From Alkalilimnicola ehrlichii MLHE-1 (GTDB lineage Bacteria; Pseudomonadota; Gammaproteobacteria; Nitrococcales; Halorhodospiraceae), in NCBI RefSeq assembly GCF_000014785.1, contig NC_008340.1, forward strand, positions 750,001-782,000: 32,000 bases of DNA. Reading direction: 5' to 3'. The notes below the pieces were generated by a model. It was not told the origin of the DNA and made no database searches. It saw only the letters and a program-made list of their open reading frames with translations. Positions 28,630 through 32,000 of the stretch are shown here, in pieces (the first letter of the stretch is position 1; every line of letters begins with the position of its first letter). The position numbers and the translations under genes were made by a program.

Positions 28630-31395
28630 TTACACTTTACTCTGCTTCAGGGCGTTGTTGAAATATTTGACGGTTCCCACGCCGCTGGCACCCATTACGG
28701 TGCAGTCATAAAGCTGAAAATCGGAGAGCAGACGGTCCAGTGCTCGTCGGTCGGCCTCGCTGTGGTATTCGAGCATGACGATCGATACTTTCGGCAGAAA
28801 CGGTACGAGTGTCTGCACAACGGGGACCTCTGAACCTTCGGTATCGATCTTCAGGACATCGATATGATCCACTCCCGCCGCGGTCAGCGCATCCAGCGCG
28901 TTTCGGACGGGCACTTGGACTTGGGTCGCGCCATCCGAGCGTCTCGCCAGTGAGGTCTCCCCCGTGTTCCTGGGGTGCTGCCAAAGGGTCAGCTCGCCAT
29001 CTTCGTCGGACAGTGCGAACGGATGGATCTGGATGGTGCCCCGCGCTTCCTGTTTATTGCGCTCGAGCAGCGGCAGGACCTGGGGGTTGGGCTCGAAACA
29101 ATGGACGATGCAGTGTGGTGACCAAAGGTCCGCGTACAAGGCGAACGCGCCGATGTTCGCACCGACATCCACTACCACCATCTCAGGCGATATGTGGAAA
29201 CCCGCTGGCAGCGCGTACTCCTCCTCTTCGAAGATGTTTTTCAGGCGGAAGGTTTCCCCCTTGGGGATCAATAAAGAACGGGACTGATTGTCGGGACCAG
29301 TGACCGTGGCTTTGACTGCTTCCGATGGCAAGGTGGGTGCGACATCGCCGTTTGTTTCATCCCGGTCATTGGGCTGCTGTATTGCCGCAGCCTCCAAGCC
29401 AGCCAGCCTGAAGCGAGGTGCCGTTCTGCTGTTCCCGGCTCGTTGCGAATCCCGGTCCTGCAACTCGGCCTTCATTCGGGCCGTGATATGGGACGGGATG
29501 CGCGCCGGCTTGGAGAAATGCAGGTGTGCCGGTTGGGCGTCGGCGCACCACCGCCGCCAGATGGTCCGGAAGGCCCGGTCCAGGTTGGTGGCAAATTGGG
29601 CGTGATTCCCCAGCGGAGAGTTCTGGCACTGTTTCCGCAGTCCCGCGCGCAGTGCTTCCAGCTTTTCGATGTCACCCGCCGTCTCAACGGCGATCTGCTT
29701 GTAGTCGTGGAAATCGGCGGCGATGAACTGGTCCAGGCCTGAGTTGTGAAGGTGACTGGCGGCATGACGGCCCGCAAAAGTTGGTCCGGGGCACGTGATC
29801 ACCGGCACCCCCATGTATAACCCCTCAATAGTCGTCAACCCGCCGGAATAAGGCCAGGGGTCAAGGGCGATGTCCACCCGATGATAGGTCTCTAGCAGGT
29901 ACCGGTGGGGCGCTCCCTCCTCCAGGATCAGCCTTGTGTCCGGAACCCCCGCCTCCACCAGCATGTGCCAAAGCTGCTTCCGGGCGCCGGGGTCGGATAG
30001 CTTCTTGTCCTTGATAAGCAGGCGGCTGTCCGGAACTGCTTTCAGGATCCCTGCCCAGACGCCGGCGATTTCCCGGTTGACCTTATGCAGGTTGTTCATG
30101 CACGCGAATGTGATGTACCCATTCTCCTTTGCGGGTAATGGGGCGATGTCCGGCAGGTAAGGGGGTGGGGCATAGGTGACATACCCCGTTGGCAGCCGGA
30201 TCAGCTTTTCGGTATAAAACTCTTCGACCCCTTCCGGGGTCTCCATCCAATCGGTGAGCAGGTAATCGATGGTTGGCACTGCTGAGGTGTTGAAGAGCCC
30301 GCCGACCCATTTGACTTGAACCGGGGCGGCCCTTCTCGCTATGGCGGACAGTGCCGAATACCCACTGTGTCCGGTCATGTCCACCAGGATGTCGAGTCGG
30401 TCCTTCAACAGTTGCGCATGGATGGCCTCTTGCGACCAATGGACCATTTGGCACCAGTGGCCGGTCATGTTCTGGAAGCGGTGTGATAGGAAGTCCTTGG
30501 GTCGGGGTGGTGCAGTGGAGTAGAGATGCAGCGTGTGATCAAAATACCGGGCAAGGGTATTGATCGCACCGAAGCTGAGCCAGCCGGCGGGATGCGAGTG
30601 GAACCCATTGGAAATGAAACCGATGCGCAGTGGGCGCTCCGGGTCGCGATCCCGCTCGAAATGGCGTTCTGTCTCTAGATGGGCGGCGCAGTTTGCGTAC
30701 CAGCGCGCATGCAGTTTGCGTAGGTCCCTGGCACTTTGAGATGGCAGGTAGTGGGCCATCATCAGTATGTTAGACCAGAGGACATGATTTCCTGGCTCAA
30801 GCACCCCGGCCAACTGCAACTGCTGAAACCCGGCCTCACCGTCACCAAGGTCGAACAGGACGTGCCCCAGGCTGTTTAAGGTATCGGCGTCGGGTTGCGT
30901 CTTGATCAGCTCCACAAGGATGTCGCGCGCCTGTTCGCGGCGGTTGGCCTTGACCAGGGCCTGCGCGAGGAGGGCTTGCAAGCGACGGTGCTCAGGGGCC
31001 TTCTCCGCCGCCCGGCGGAGGAACCCGAGGGCGTCGTCGGTGTGGTTGAGTTCCAGGAGGAATTGTGCGTGAATCGCGGCCGCATCGGCTGCGCCTTCCC
31101 CCCCTTGATCCAATGCCTCCCTTGACGCTGAGAGCGCCTCTTCGGGCCGTCCCTCTTGCCAGAGGAGGCGGGCGTGCAGGGTGAGCACGCAGCCGTCGCT
31201 GCTGTTGCGCTCAAGGGCCTTATCGCAGAGGATCCGTGCCCCGTGGATATCTCCGGCATTGAGTGCTTGGGCGATGGCGCGGTACGTCTGGATGGGAGCT
31301 GAATGTTTGGGCATGCCGGTTGAGCCTGTAGTAATCCCTTGGTGTGTATTCGGGCACTGTAAAGGAAAGTGGCGCTGGATTGCATATCCGGCCAT
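28630..31395 (-). CDS. Tri-domain protein: N-terminal TPR repeats, GT41 (SPINDLY/OGT-like) glycosyltransferase, C-terminal FkbM-family SAM methyltransferase. Candidate flagellin-modifying enzyme
   Basis: 921 aa. TPR-like helices at aa ~35-215. GT41 landmarks: PLRIGFISNGFHSHP, DILVDMTGHSGYS, APVQVKWVGG, ITFACMNNLHKVN, DIALDPWPYSGGLTTIEGLYMGVPVIT, SPLGNHAQF (aa ~255-617, nt ~29545-30633). A hydrophilic linker follows. FkbM landmarks: VVDVGANIGAFALY, HCFEPNP, IDVLKIDTEGSE (nt ~28633-29280). The start is uncertain: ATG 31395 or ATG 31314, neither with a good Shine-Dalgarno. Confidence 0.8.
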   Translation of the reverse strand: MAGYAIQRHFPLQCPNTHQGITTGSTGMPKHSAPIQTYRAIAQALNAGDIHGARILCDKALERNSSDGCVLTLHARLLWQEGRPEEALSASREALDQGGEGAADAAAIHAQFLLELNHTDDALGFLRRAAEKAPEHRRLQALLAQALVKANRREQARDILVELIKTQPDADTLNSLGHVLFDLGDGEAGFQQLQLAGVLEPGNHVLWSNILMMAHYLPSQSARDLRKLHARWYANCAAHLETERHFERDRDPERPLRIGFISNGFHSHPAGWLSFGAINTLARYFDHTLHLYSTAPPRPKDFLSHRFQNMTGHWCQMVHWSQEAIHAQLLKDRLDILVDMTGHSGYSALSAIARRAAPVQVKWVGGLFNTSAVPTIDYLLTDWMETPEGVEEFYTEKLIRLPTGYVTYAPPPYLPDIAPLPAKENGYITFACMNNLHKVNREIAGVWAGILKAVPDSRLLIKDKKLSDPGARKQLWHMLVEAGVPDTRLILEEGAPHRYLLETYHRVDIALDPWPYSGGLTTIEGLYMGVPVITCPGPTFAGRHAASHLHNSGLDQFIAADFHDYKQIAVETAGDIEKLEALRAGLRKQCQNSPLGNHAQFATNLDRAFRTIWRRWCADAQPAHLHFSKPARIPSHITARMKAELQDRDSQRAGNSRTAPRFRLAGLEAAAIQQPNDRDETNGDVAPTLPSEAVKATVTGPDNQSRSLLIPKGETFRLKNIFEEEEYALPAGFHISPEMVVVDVGANIGAFALYADLWSPHCIVHCFEPNPQVLPLLERNKQEARGTIQIHPFALSDEDGELTLWQHPRNTGETSLARRSDGATQVQVPVRNALDALTAAGVDHIDVLKIDTEGSEVPVVQTLVPFLPKVSIVMLEYHSEADRRALDRLLSDFQLYDCTVMGASGVGTVKYFNNALKQSKV

Positions 31396-31560
31396 GGCGG
31401 CGATGCATGGCCGGAAGGGAGTTGCCGGTGGGAAGCCGAGGTGTCTTACCTGCGTGGTCCGGCCGTTGCCTCCTGCGCCTCGCAGGCTTCCTTGTTGGTG
31501 TGTGTTTTTTCTGGGAAAGCAACAACCTATGAGAGCGGAAGATTCTTTCCGCCCAAAGGC

Positions 31561-31587
31561 TAAAGGTTTCCGGTGGCTTGCCGCTAC
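31561..31587 (+). promoter_or_regulatory. Sigma28 (FliA)-type promoter for flagellin 2
   Basis: cTAAAG at 31560-31565, with TAAA (31561-31564), exactly 15 nt, then GCCGCTAC (31580-31587), compared with the consensus TAAA-N15-GCCGATAA. About 95 nt upstream of the ATG. Confidence 0.6.
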
Positions 31588-31682
31588 AAAGGGCGAACGG
31601 GGAGGATAGCGGCCAGCGTCGCCCCCAGGTCAGCAACCCAGTCGGGGCATCAATGGCCCCATCGGAAACGAGGATGTGAGCC

Positions 31683-32000
31683 ATGGCACAGGTAATCAAC
31701 ACCAACATCGCTTCTCTTAATGCGCAGCGGAATCTGAACGCATCGCAGAACCAACTGAATGTGTCGCTGGAGCGGCTCTCGTCCGGGCTGAGGATCAACA
31801 GCGCCAAGGATGATGCCGCGGGTCTCGCCATCTCCGAGCGATTCACCGCTCAGATCAACGGCAACAACCAAGCGGTCCGGAACGCCAACGATGGCATCTC
31901 CCTCTCTCAGACCGCCGAAGGGGCCTTGGAAGAGATCGGGAACATCGGGCAGCGCATTCGTGAGCTGGCCGTCCAGGCAGCCAATGACACCAACTCCGCG
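31683..32000 (+). CDS. fliC: Flagellin (paralogue 2, 3' end outside the window)
   Basis: The ATG at 31683 is preceded by GAGGA. The 106 visible residues are [60 protein letters not shown]..., with 15 differences from paralogue 1 by hand alignment. It is missing from the ORF track only because no stop lies in the window. Confidence 0.93.
   Translation, partial: MAQVINTNIASLNAQRNLNASQNQLNVSLERLSSGLRINSAKDDAAGLAISERFTAQINGNNQAVRNANDGISLSQTAEGALEEIGNIGQRIRELAVQAANDTNSA

Noticed and set aside
28546-28640. Mobile-element boundary (integrase, tRNA, direct repeats) at the GC-content break
   Set aside because: Only the flagellin terminator hairpin lies here. No integrase/transposase ORF, tRNA or flanking direct repeat is visible in the window. 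The acquisition inference rests on composition alone.

Overview
High-GC gammaproteobacterial-type chromosomal segment. This is inferred from the smc-zipA-ligA synteny and GC-rich codon usage; the organism is not identified. Most of the window is core housekeeping: smc (5' partial), zipA, ligA, a complete EF-P beta-lysylation module (epmB <> efp-epmA), a DUF3301 gene, a PHP phosphoesterase, a thiolase and xseA. Four c-di-GMP signalling proteins are interspersed: (i) a FimX-like REC-PAS-GGDEF-EAL protein degenerate in all three signature motifs; (ii) an HDOD-GAF protein in an operon with (iii) an intact REC-PAS-GGDEF-EAL enzyme; (iv) a divergently transcribed membrane PAS-PAS-GGDEF cyclase. Further on there is a korA-korB 2-oxoacid:ferredoxin oxidoreductase operon with a translationally coupled ferritin-like gene, and a DUF1295 membrane protein. 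At the 3' end is a flagellin locus where two flagellin paralogues flank a 921-aa TPR / GT41 (OGT-like) / FkbM-methyltransferase fusion. That fusion lies in a visibly lower-GC segment and is the best candidate for something not yet characterised, namely a flagellin glycosylation/methylation enzyme on an acquired islet. Non-coding items of note are an array of about seven copies of a ~33-nt hairpin element in alternating orientation between xseA and the DUF1295 gene, and a nested-hairpin element downstream of ligA. I found no rRNA, tRNA, CRISPR array, transposase/integrase, phage gene or recognisable defence system. The many long antisense or alternative-frame ORFs in the track are typical high-GC artefacts. 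All family assignments come from motif recognition by eye; no database search was run.
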